DNA from: Kiloniellales bacterium
GTDB lineage: Bacteria; Pseudomonadota; Alphaproteobacteria; Kiloniellales; JAKSDN01
Length of the DNA stretch: 64,000 nucleotides
NCBI GenBank assembly: GCA_028280455.1
Contig: JANQLT010000157.1
Location: 28,215 to 92,214 of the forward strand
Direction: 5' to 3'
The notes beneath the pieces were generated by a model. That model had not been told where the DNA came from and made no database searches. It worked only from the letters and a program-made list of their open reading frames with translations. Shown here piece after piece: positions 17,377 to 27,310 of this stretch (the stretch's first letter is position 1; each line of letters opens with the position of its first letter). The position numbers and the translations under genes were made by a program.

Positions 17377-18768
17377 ATGAGTCGTTGGCACGTCACCGAT
17401 AGCCCGATCGTCCGGTTCTTCGCTCGACGCGGCGCCGTCGCGGCCCTTCTGCTGGCGCTCGGCCTCGTCGCGGCCCCCGGGCCGGCGCCCGCCGAGCTCA
17501 CCGGCCACGGCGGCTTCGTCAAGGGCGTCGCCGTCTCAGCGGACGGCAGCCTGGCGCTGAGCGCCAGCTTCGACTACCGGCTGATCCTCTGGGACATCGC
17601 CGAGCAGAGCGCCCTCTTGGTGCTCGAAGGCCACGAAGGCTCGGTCAACGCCGTGGCCTTCCTGCCGGACGGCGGCCGGGCGGTCTCGGGCGCCGACGAC
17701 GGCACGGTCCGGCTCTGGGACCTCGGCGAGGGGCGGCTGCTGCACAGCTTCGACGGGCATGCCGGCAAAGTCGCCCATGTCGCGGTCTCGCCCGACGGCC
17801 GGCGGGCGGCCTCGGCCGGCTGGGACAAGACCGTGCGTCTCTGGGACCTCGAGCGCCTGGAGCCGCTCGGCGTGCTCGAGGGCCACCGCAACAACGTCAA
17901 CGGCGTGGCCTTCCTGCCGGACGGCGAGCGCCTGCTGAGCGGCAGCTACGACTCGACCATGAAGCTCTGGCACCTGGCCGACGGGCGCAGCATCGCGACC
18001 TACGACGGGCACGACTTCGGGATCACCTCGGTCTCCGTCTCCGCCGACGGCCGCCTCGCGCTGACCGCGAGCGTCGACGAGACCTTGCGGCTCTGGGACC
18101 TCGACAGCGGCGAGACGCTGGAGACCTTCGTCGGCCACGACGGACCGATCTTCGGGGCGGCGCTGTCGGCCGACGGCAGCCGCGCGGCCTCCGGCGGCGC
18201 CGACCGCACGGTCCGCGTCTGGGACACCGACAGCGGCGAGCTGCAGTTCGAGCTGCTCGGCCACGGCCAGCCGATCTGGTCGCTCGCCTTCGTGCCCGGC
18301 GCCCGCTCCCTGTTGTCGGCCGGCTCTGACGAGGTGGTTCGGCTGTGGGATCTGGTCGATGGCCGCGAGATCGGCGGCGACGGCGACCGGGTGGCGAGCG
18401 CGACCCTGCCCGAGCCGCGCTCCGAGAGCGAGCGGCGCGGCGCCGCGCTCTACGCCAAGTGCAGCGTCTGCCACACCCTCGGCCCCGAGGGAGGCAACAA
18501 CCGCGCCGGCCCGAACCTGCACGGCCTGTTCGGCCGCCGCGCCGGCAGCCTGGAGGGCTACAGCTACTCGGAGGCCCTGCTGGCCAGCGACCTGGTCTGG
18601 AACGAGGAGACCATCGACCTGCTCTTCGCCGAGGGACCCGACGAGTACACCCCGGGCTCCAAGATGCCCTTGCAGCGCATGCCGAGCGCCGAGGACCGCG
18701 CCGATCTGATATCCTATCTGAAGCTGGTCACGGGTGCCGGGGGCGCCGAAGCCGGCGCGGACGACTGA
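17377..18768 (+). CDS. Periplasmic seven-bladed WD40 propeller fused to a C-terminal class I cytochrome c domain
   Basis: Signal peptide; seven GH...(L/V)WD(L/I/T) repeats (one ends in WH). The C-terminal domain has the heme motif CSVCH, a mitochondrial/c2-like GPNLHGLFGRRAG segment and the Met ligand region GSKMPLQ. Confidence 0.85.
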   Translation: MSRWHVTDSPIVRFFARRGAVAALLLALGLVAAPGPAPAELTGHGGFVKGVAVSADGSLALSASFDYRLILWDIAEQSALLVLEGHEGSVNAVAFLPDGGRAVSGADDGTVRLWDLGEGRLLHSFDGHAGKVAHVAVSPDGRRAASAGWDKTVRLWDLERLEPLGVLEGHRNNVNGVAFLPDGERLLSGSYDSTMKLWHLADGRSIATYDGHDFGITSVSVSADGRLALTASVDETLRLWDLDSGETLETFVGHDGPIFGAALSADGSRAASGGADRTVRVWDTDSGELQFELLGHGQPIWSLAFVPGARSLLSAGSDEVVRLWDLVDGREIGGDGDRVASATLPEPRSESERRGAALYAKCSVCHTLGPEGGNNRAGPNLHGLFGRRAGSLEGYSYSEALLASDLVWNEETIDLLFAEGPDEYTPGSKMPLQRMPSAEDRADLISYLKLVTGAGGAEAGADD

Positions 18769-18813
18769 GCGACGGGGGCGCGGCGGCGACATGAACACAA
18801 TGGGGATACGGAG

Positions 18814-18957
18814 ATGAGAGCCTTCCTGACCGGCTGCCTCGGCGCGCTCGTGATCGCCGTGGCAGCCCACTACGTGCTCGACTCGCTGGGCTACAGCTCG
18901 GAGAACGTCTACTCCAGCGACAACGTCCGCCTGCCGGAGGTCCGCACCGCGGAGTAG
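18814..18957 (+). CDS. Small membrane protein candidate (47 aa), absent from the ORF track
   Basis: My translation is MRAFLTGCLGALVIAVAAHYVLDSLGYSSENVYSSDNVRLPEVRTAE, with one TM helix. It is below the track's length cut-off. Confidence 0.3.
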   Translation: MRAFLTGCLGALVIAVAAHYVLDSLGYSSENVYSSDNVRLPEVRTAE

Positions 18958-18978
18958 GCGGGCGCGGGAGTCACGCTC

Positions 18979-19069
18979 GTCATCGCGCGCGCAGCGAAGC
19001 GATCCAGCCTGTCGCAGGTGCGATGCGGTTCCTGGATTGCCGCGCCGGCTGACGCCGGCTCGCAATGAC
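18979..19069. repeat. Alphaproteobacterial palindromic intergenic repeat (GTCATYGCG...GCGAAGCGATCCAG / CTGGATTGC...CGCAATGAC type)
   Basis: The left arm (18979-19007) and right arm (19032-19069) are imperfect reverse complements ending in GTCAT.../...CAATGAC. Confidence 0.6.
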
Positions 19070-19092
19070 GGCGCCGAGTCGCGTCTCCTTTT

Positions 19093-19298
19093 CCCTCTCC
19101 CCCGACGAGGGAGAGGGATGCGCAGCCTTCTCGAGGCGTAGCCGAGATTTAGGCGAAGCTGGGTGAGGGGGCGGTCGTTTTCCACCTCAACATTGCATCA
19201 TTCTCGCGCGCCGGCGTCGTGGAGGAGCGCGACGAAAGACACCCTCACCCTCCCACCGCTTCGCGGCGGGCCCCTCCCTCTCCCCTCGAGGGAGAGGG
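19093..19298. repeat. Composite inverted repeat (MITE/REP-like): two CCCTCTCCC-loop-GGGAGAGGG hairpins plus a GGGTGAGGG / CCCTCACCC pair
   Basis: Hairpin A is at 19093-19117 and hairpin B at 19276-19298. GGGTGAGGG (19161-69) faces CCCTCACCC (19242-50). The layout is roughly symmetric around ~19205. Confidence 0.55.
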
Positions 19299-19372
19299 GA
19301 CAAGGGGCTCGCTTTACCTTCACCCGTCGGCTGGGCAAGGACAGGGGAGCTTCCATTTACGGCGAAGGAGGA

Positions 19373-20548
19373 TCACTCCCGCGCGCCGGCCTCGCGAAGC
19401 AGCGCGGCGATCTCGTCGTCGCCGATCATCTCGGCGGCCTGCAGGGCGGTCCAGCCGTCCTTGGCGGCGATGTTGGGATCGGCGCCGGCGCGCAGCAGCA
19501 TGCGAACCGCCTCCAAGCGGCCGCGGTTGGCGGCCAGCATGAGGGCCGTGTTGCCGCTCTCCGCCACCGTCGCATCGACGTCGGCGCCGCGCGTCAGCAG
19601 GACGTAGAGCGTGCTGCGCTGGTCGGCGAGGGCGGCCAGCATCAGGGGGCGGTGGCCGTCGTGGCCCGGCGCCTCGATGGGGGCGAGGTTCTCGAGCAGG
19701 GCGATCACCGTGTCGACGTGGCCGGAGACCACGGCGCGGCCGAGCGGCGTGCGGCCCTCGTCGTCGGCCGCCTCGGTGTCGCCGCCGGCCGCGATCAGGC
19801 GGCGCAGCGCCTCGGTCGCGCCGACCGCGGCGGCGCGCAGGACGGCGCTGGCGCCGCCGGCGTCGCGGGCCGTGGCATCGGCGCCGGCGTCGAGCAGCAG
19901 GTCGACCGCCGGCCTGTTGCCGCGCGCGGCGGCCGCGATCAGGGCGGTGGTGCCGTCCTCGGCCGCGATCTCGACGCTGGCGCCGGCCGCCAGGAGATAC
20001 GCGACGATCTGCGGGAAATCCGGGTTGAAGGCGGCGTTGATCAGCGGCGTGTTGCCGTCGCTGCTGTCGCGGGCGTCGAGCGCCGCGCCGGCCTCGACCA
20101 GCGCGGCCACCACCCGCCGCTGGCCGCGGCGGGCGGCGAGCAGCAACGGCGAGTTGCCGTGGTCGCGCTCGCGTGCCTCCAGCGGTGCTCCGGCCGCGAT
20201 CAGCGCGCGGGCGATGCGGTCGTTGCCGGCGTAGGCGGCGTAGTGCAGGGCGGTCCAGAGGTCATCGGGCGTCGCCGCGCCCGGGTCGGCGCCGCGCTCC
20301 AGCAGGAGGGTCGCGACCTCCAGGCTCTTGGTCGCGGCGGCGATCATCAGCGCCGTGTTGCCGTCGGCGTCACGGGCTTCCAGGTCGGCGCCCTTCTCCA
20401 GGGCGAAGTCGGCGAGCTCGCCGTCGTCGAGCCGGGCGGCCTGCAGCAGTGCCTGATCGGGAACCGCTTCCTGGGCGAGCCCGGGCGCCGCCGCCGGGCC
20501 CGCGAGGACCAGAAGCAGGCAGAAGCCGAGTGCGGCCCTCAGGCCCAC
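19373..20548 (-). CDS. Exported ankyrin-repeat protein (about 11 repeats)
   Basis: The GTG start lies 1 nt after the fdsA stop, with GGAG upstream. Signal peptide MGLRAALGFCLLLVLAGPAAAPGLA. Tandem ankyrin consensus (G.TALM.AA..G....V..LL..GAD). Confidence 0.85.
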   Translation of the reverse strand: MGLRAALGFCLLLVLAGPAAAPGLAQEAVPDQALLQAARLDDGELADFALEKGADLEARDADGNTALMIAAATKSLEVATLLLERGADPGAATPDDLWTALHYAAYAGNDRIARALIAAGAPLEARERDHGNSPLLLAARRGQRRVVAALVEAGAALDARDSSDGNTPLINAAFNPDFPQIVAYLLAAGASVEIAAEDGTTALIAAAARGNRPAVDLLLDAGADATARDAGGASAVLRAAAVGATEALRRLIAAGGDTEAADDEGRTPLGRAVVSGHVDTVIALLENLAPIEAPGHDGHRPLMLAALADQRSTLYVLLTRGADVDATVAESGNTALMLAANRGRLEAVRMLLRAGADPNIAAKDGWTALQAAEMIGDDEIAALLREAGARE

Positions 20549-20549
20549 C

Positions 20550-23318
20550 TCACTCCGCCGCCAGCATGGTCTCGAGCTTCGTCACCCGGGCGGCGCAGGC
20601 CTTGAAGCCGGGGATCTTGCCGAAGGGATCGAGCTGCGGGCTGGTCAGCAGGTTGGCCGCGGCCTCGGCGTAGCAGAAGGGCAGGAAGACCATGCCCTCG
20701 GGCATGTCGGGGTCGACGCGGACCTGCACGTCGAGGCCGGCGCGCCGGGTCTCGACCCGGATGCAGTCGCCGGCCTTGAGGCCACGGCGGCGCATCTCGA
20801 GCGGCGAGAGGCTGGCGACGGCGCCGGGCTCCAGGTCGTCGAGCACGCCGGCGCGCCGGGTCATGGAGCCGGTGTGCCAATGCTCCAGCACGCGGCCGGT
20901 GCAGAGCACCATCGGGAACTCCTCGTCCGGCTGCTCGTCCTCGGCCAGCGAGCCGGCCGGAACCAGGCGGACGCGGCCGCTGGCGGTCGGGAAGCGCTCG
21001 GCGAAGATGATCTCGTTGCCGGGCTTGTCCGGCGCGTCGCAGGGGTAGGTGACGGAGTCCTCGCGCTCCAGGCGCTCCCAGGTGATGTTCTTGAGCGAGG
21101 GCATGGCCTGGGCCATCTCGGCGAAGACGTCGCTGGCGCCGCCGTAGGACCAGTCGAGACCCATGCGCTGGGCGATGTCCTGGATCAGCGCCAGGTCCTG
21201 ACGCGCCTCGCCGGGCGGCGGCACGATCGGGCGGGCGAGCTGCACCTGGCGGTTGGTGTTGGTGAAGGTGCCGTACTTCTCGGCCTTGGCCGAGGCCGGC
21301 AGGATGACGTCGGCCTGCCAGGCGGTCTCGGTCAGGAAGATGTCCTGCACGACAAGGTGCTCGAGCTTGGCCAAGGCCTGGCGGGCGTGCTGCTGGTCGG
21401 GGTCCGACATCGCCGGGTTCTCGCCCATGATGTACATGGCCTTGATCTCGTCGGCGAGGATGGCGTCGATGATCTCCACCACCGTGAGGCCGCGCTTGGG
21501 ATCGAGCTGGGTGCCCCAGAAGGCCTCGAACTCGCTGCGGATGTCCTCGGCCTCGACCGAGCGGTAGTCCGGGAAGACCATGGGGATCAGGCCGGCGTCG
21601 GAGGCGCCCTGCACGTTGTTCTGGCCGCGCAGCGGGTGCAGGCCGGTGCCGGGCCGGCCGACGTGGCCGGTGATCGCCGCCAGGGTGATCAGGCAGCGGG
21701 CGTTGTCGGTGCCGTGAACGGACTGCGAGATGCCCATGCCCCAGAAGATGATCGAGCGCTCGGAGCGGGCGTAGATGCGCGCCACCTCGCGGATGGTGTC
21801 GGCCGGAATGCCGCAGCGCTCGGCCATGGCCTCCGGCGAGAAGGCCTTGATGTTCTCGCGGACCTCCTCGAAGCCGTCGACATGGGCCTGTACGTACTGC
21901 TCGTCGTAGAGGCCTTCCTCGATGATGGTGTGGATCATCGCGTTGAGCAGCGCCACGTCCTGGTTGGACTTGAACTGCAGCATGTAGTCGGCGTAGCGCG
22001 ATAGCATCTGCTTGCGCGGGTCCATGACGATCAGCATCTTGCCGGCCTTGGCGGCGTTCTTCAGGAAGGTCGCCGCGACCGGGTGGTTCTGCGCCGGGCG
22101 GGCGCCGATGACGATGATGCAGTCGGCGTCCTTGGCCGCGGTGAAGGGTGCCGTCACGGCGCCGGAGCTGACGCCTTCCATCAGGGCGGCCACCGAGGAG
22201 GCGTGGCACAGCCGGGTGCAGTGGTCGACGTTGTTGGTGCCGAAGCCGGTGCGCACCAGCTTCTGGAACAGATAGGCCTCCTCGTTGGAGCCCTTGGCCG
22301 AGCCGAAGCCGGCGAGGCCCTTGCCGCCCTCGCGGTCGCGCACGCGCTTGAGGCCGGCGGCGGCGACCTCCAGCGCCTCCTCCCAGCTCGCCTCGCGGAA
22401 GTGGCTCCAGGGGTTCGCCGGGTCGATCTCCAGGTCGGCGCCCTTGGTGGCGCCCTCCAGGCGGATCAGGGGCTTGGTCAGGCGGTGCGGGTGGTTGATG
22501 TAGTCGAAGCCGAAGCGGCCCTTGACGCAGAGCCGGTTCTGGTTGGCCGGGCCGTTGCGGCCGTCGACGTAGAGGATCTTGTCGTCCTTGACCTTGGCCT
22601 CGATCAGGCAGCCGACGCCGCAGAAGGGGCAGACGGAGTTGACGCTGCGCTCTTCGAAGTTCACGCGAACGCCCTGCTCGTCGAGCAGGCTGGCCTCCAT
22701 CAGGGCGCCGGTCGGGCAGGCCTGCACGCACTCGCCGCAGGCCACGCAGGTGCTCTCGCCCATGGGATCGTCGAAGTCGAAGACCACCTTCGAGCCGTGG
22801 CCGCGGTAGGCCATGCCGATCACGTCGTTGACCTGGACCTCGCGGCAGGCGCGGACGCAGAGGTTGCAGTTTATGCAGGCGTCGAGGTTGACCCGCATGG
22901 CGCGGTGGCTGGAGTCCGGTGCGTGGGCCTCGCGGGCCGGGAATCGATTCTCGTCGACGCCGACCTTGTCGACCCAGTTCCAGAACTTGGACTCCGGATC
23001 GTGCGCCACGGCGCGCTCGGGCTGGTCGGCGACCAGCAGCTCGAAGACCAGCTCGCGCGACTTCTTGGCCCGCTCGCTGGCGGTCTTGACCTTCATGCCG
23101 GGGCTCGGCTTGCGGATGCAGGAGGCGGCCAGGACCCGCTCGCCCTCGATCTCGACCATGCAGGCGCGGCAGTTGCCGTCGGCGCGGTAGCCGGGCTCGG
23201 GCGAATAGCAGAGGTGCGGGATTTCGACTCCCTGGCGCTCGGCGACCTGCCAGATGGTCTCGCCGGGCTGCGCCTCGACCTCGCGGTCGTTCAAGGTGAA
23301 GGTTACGGTCTCGGTCAT
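20550..23318 (-). CDS. fdsA: NAD-linked formate dehydrogenase alpha subunit (NuoG-like N-terminus plus molybdopterin domain)
   Basis: The start is the ATG at 23318 (MTETVTFTLNDREVEA). It has a 2Fe-2S/4Fe-4S N-terminal module, CPFCGVGC and the active-site region DHCTRLCHASSV (Cys type). 922 aa. Confidence 0.95.
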   Translation of the reverse strand: MTETVTFTLNDREVEAQPGETIWQVAERQGVEIPHLCYSPEPGYRADGNCRACMVEIEGERVLAASCIRKPSPGMKVKTASERAKKSRELVFELLVADQPERAVAHDPESKFWNWVDKVGVDENRFPAREAHAPDSSHRAMRVNLDACINCNLCVRACREVQVNDVIGMAYRGHGSKVVFDFDDPMGESTCVACGECVQACPTGALMEASLLDEQGVRVNFEERSVNSVCPFCGVGCLIEAKVKDDKILYVDGRNGPANQNRLCVKGRFGFDYINHPHRLTKPLIRLEGATKGADLEIDPANPWSHFREASWEEALEVAAAGLKRVRDREGGKGLAGFGSAKGSNEEAYLFQKLVRTGFGTNNVDHCTRLCHASSVAALMEGVSSGAVTAPFTAAKDADCIIVIGARPAQNHPVAATFLKNAAKAGKMLIVMDPRKQMLSRYADYMLQFKSNQDVALLNAMIHTIIEEGLYDEQYVQAHVDGFEEVRENIKAFSPEAMAERCGIPADTIREVARIYARSERSIIFWGMGISQSVHGTDNARCLITLAAITGHVGRPGTGLHPLRGQNNVQGASDAGLIPMVFPDYRSVEAEDIRSEFEAFWGTQLDPKRGLTVVEIIDAILADEIKAMYIMGENPAMSDPDQQHARQALAKLEHLVVQDIFLTETAWQADVILPASAKAEKYGTFTNTNRQVQLARPIVPPPGEARQDLALIQDIAQRMGLDWSYGGASDVFAEMAQAMPSLKNITWERLEREDSVTYPCDAPDKPGNEIIFAERFPTASGRVRLVPAGSLAEDEQPDEEFPMVLCTGRVLEHWHTGSMTRRAGVLDDLEPGAVASLSPLEMRRRGLKAGDCIRVETRRAGLDVQVRVDPDMPEGMVFLPFCYAEAAANLLTSPQLDPFGKIPGFKACAARVTKLETMLAAE

Positions 23319-23338
23319 CGCCTGCTCCGTCGCATGCC

Positions 23339-25063
<1,725 letters not shown>

Positions 25064-25104
25064 TTGACAGCTCTTGCGCCTGTTCTCTTTCCGTCGGCTC
25101 CGGA

Positions 25105-25119
25105 TTGCGTCACGCGCAA
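25105..25119. promoter_or_regulatory. Inverted repeat TTGCG-N5-CGCAA upstream of fdsB
   Basis: A perfect 5-bp-arm palindrome about 45 nt upstream of the fdsB start. It is a candidate site for the adjacent LysR regulator. Confidence 0.25.
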
Positions 25120-25171
25120 AACCGACCCCGAAGCATGGACTCTCGGCGCGATCGCTTCGGCTGGCAAATTG

Positions 25172-26113
25172 CTATTGCGGATTGCCCGATAGACCCTGTC
25201 GATCAAGCCGGGCGGCCCCCAGGCCGTCCCTGAGATGCTCGGATTCACAGATACTTAGAAGGGCCCGCGCCATGGGGGTCGGGGGGTCGCGGTCGGAGAT
25301 CACCAGGCCGATGTCATGCCGCAGGTCTGGCTCAACCAGGGGCAGTGCGGAGAGGCCCTCCGGCACCCCGAAGACGTCGACCATGGCCTGGGGCATGACG
25401 CTCGACCAATGCCCGGAGCGGACGTGGGCATAGAGCGTGATCATCGAGTTGGTCTCGATCTCCGGCGTCGGCGTGGCGCCGATGCCCTGGAAGATCTCGT
25501 CGATGATGCGGCGGTTTTGCATCTCCGGCGTCAGCAGGCAAAGCGGCATCTCGGCCGCCTCGGTCCAGGTCACGGCCGCGCGCTCGCCGAGCGGCCCGTC
25601 GGCCGGCGTGAAGAGCACGTAGCCCTCGCGGTAGAGCGGCAGGCGGCGGACATGGTGCAGCGGCTCGTTGTCGAGGTAGGTGATGCCGCCGTCGATACTG
25701 TAGTCGTCGAGCCGGCGCTGGATCTCGATCGAGCTGATCGACAGGGCCTGGACGAAGACCCCCGGGTAGCGCGCCCGGAAGGTGCGGGTGATCAGCGGCA
25801 CCACCGGCAGGGCCGAGGGAATCACGCCGATCGAGAGCGTGCCGGTCAGCTCGGCGACCTGGGCGCTGGCCTCCTGGATCAGGGCATCGCAGTCCGAGAT
25901 GATGCGCCGCGCCCAGGCCAGCACCCGCTCGCCTTCCGGGGTCAGTCCCTCGTAGCGCTGGCCGCGGCGCACGATGGCGACGCCGAGCTCGTCCTCGAGC
26001 TGGCGGATCCGGGCCGAGAGCGTCGGCTGGGAGACGTGGCAGCTCTCGGCCGCGCGGGCGAAGTGGCGCTCGCGGGCCAGGGCCGAGAGATAGCGGAGCT
26101 GCCTCAGGTCCAT
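25172..26113 (-). CDS. LysR family transcriptional regulator
   Basis: N-terminal wHTH (MDLRQLRYLSALARERHFARAAESCHVSQPTLSARIRQLE) plus a LysR substrate-binding domain. Confidence 0.9.
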   Translation of the reverse strand: MDLRQLRYLSALARERHFARAAESCHVSQPTLSARIRQLEDELGVAIVRRGQRYEGLTPEGERVLAWARRIISDCDALIQEASAQVAELTGTLSIGVIPSALPVVPLITRTFRARYPGVFVQALSISSIEIQRRLDDYSIDGGITYLDNEPLHHVRRLPLYREGYVLFTPADGPLGERAAVTWTEAAEMPLCLLTPEMQNRRIIDEIFQGIGATPTPEIETNSMITLYAHVRSGHWSSVMPQAMVDVFGVPEGLSALPLVEPDLRHDIGLVISDRDPPTPMARALLSICESEHLRDGLGAARLDRQGLSGNPQ

Positions 26114-26158
26114 GCGTCGGACAGGCTCGGCTGCGGCGGGCGTGGGGCGAGGGCGGCG

Positions 26159-26329
26159 CTAATCGCTCAAGACCTCGAGCTGAATCTCTTCGCTGTTGAT
26201 CGTGACCTTACCCGCGTGCTCGAAGTTGACGGTCACGCGCGCGCCGATCACGGACTGGACCTGACCGCGTCCCCAGTCCGGCTCTGCGGGGTGCGATACC
26301 AGCATGCCGGGCAGCAGATCCTGCGTCAT
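26159..26329 (-). CDS. DUF3553-like mini-protein (56 aa), absent from the ORF track
   Basis: My translation is MTQDLLPGMLVSHPAEPDWGRGQVQSVIGARVTVNFEHAGKVTINSEEIQLEVLSD. The P.WG.GQVQS..G.RVTVNFE.AGK pattern matches my recollection of DUF3553. Confidence 0.6.
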   Translation of the reverse strand: MTQDLLPGMLVSHPAEPDWGRGQVQSVIGARVTVNFEHAGKVTINSEEIQLEVLSD

Positions 26330-26457
26330 GCCCGCCCTCTCGAAGCCTCGGAGCGATAGTGTATAAGGACTGGCCGCCGGGCTGCAAACTGCGGAGACAG
26401 CGGGCGCCGGCGGGCTTCGGGAGGACCCTTGCGGGCGCTCGGCCCGCGACCAACGTC

Positions 26458-27132
26458 ATGAGGGGAACTGCAGCTTTGTCCTTGAATTCGATGATCGACA
26501 TGCGGGTCGCCGAGCTCCTGGCGTCCCGCCTTTGCCACGACATCGTCGGGCCGATCGGCGCGGTGAACAACGGCATGGAGCTGATGGCCGACGAGTCCTT
26601 CGGCATAGCCGACGACGCCCTCCAGCTCGCCGCCCGCTCGGCCGCCCAGGCGGCCGCCTCCCTGCAGTTCTTCCGGCTCGCCTACGGCACGGCCGGCGGC
26701 CAGGTCGAGGGCGGCCTGGCGACCATCGAGCGGATCGCCCGGGAGTTCCTGGAAGCCCACAGGTGCTCGCTCACCTGGGCCCCGGAGGTGGCGCCGCCGA
26801 CGGTGCCGGAAAGCGCCGGCAAGCTGATCCTCAACCTGCTCGCCCTGGCGGCCGAGGGCCTGCCGCGCGGCGGCGAGCTGACCGTGCGTCTGGACCCGGC
26901 CGGGCCGGCGACCTTGGAAGTCCTGGCGAGCGGCAGCGATGCCGGGCTGCGCCAGGAGGTGATCGAGGGATTGGCCGCCGACGCCGCCGTCGAGGCCCTG
27001 ACGCCGCGCAACGTCCACGGCTACTTCACCCGCCGGGTGGCCGCCCGTGCCCAGTCGGAGCTGAACCTCGAGCTGCCGAGCGTCGACAGCTTTCGCCTGC
27101 TGGCGACCTTGCCGGCCGAAACTCAGGCCTAG
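26458..27132 (+). CDS. chpT: Histidine phosphotransferase ChpT
   Basis: LASRLCHDIVGPIGAVNNGMELMADE contains the phosphorylatable His. A degenerate HK-like C-terminal domain follows. I chose the start at 26458 by analogy with the N-termini of other ChpT proteins. Confidence 0.75.
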   Translation: MRGTAALSLNSMIDMRVAELLASRLCHDIVGPIGAVNNGMELMADESFGIADDALQLAARSAAQAAASLQFFRLAYGTAGGQVEGGLATIERIAREFLEAHRCSLTWAPEVAPPTVPESAGKLILNLLALAAEGLPRGGELTVRLDPAGPATLEVLASGSDAGLRQEVIEGLAADAAVEALTPRNVHGYFTRRVAARAQSELNLELPSVDSFRLLATLPAETQA

Positions 27133-27310
27133 ACCTTAGTCAAATTGTGGATAATCTGCGCCGTCCGCCGCGCGGGGCCGGCGGCGCGGCGATAAGTGCG
27201 CTTGACTCGTGCGATTGCGAGGCATTATCACTGCGAATGAGATCAATTCTCAAGGGTCGCCGTGCAAGGCGCTCGCTATCTGGCATGACACTGGAGTGGA
27301 GAACATCGAC

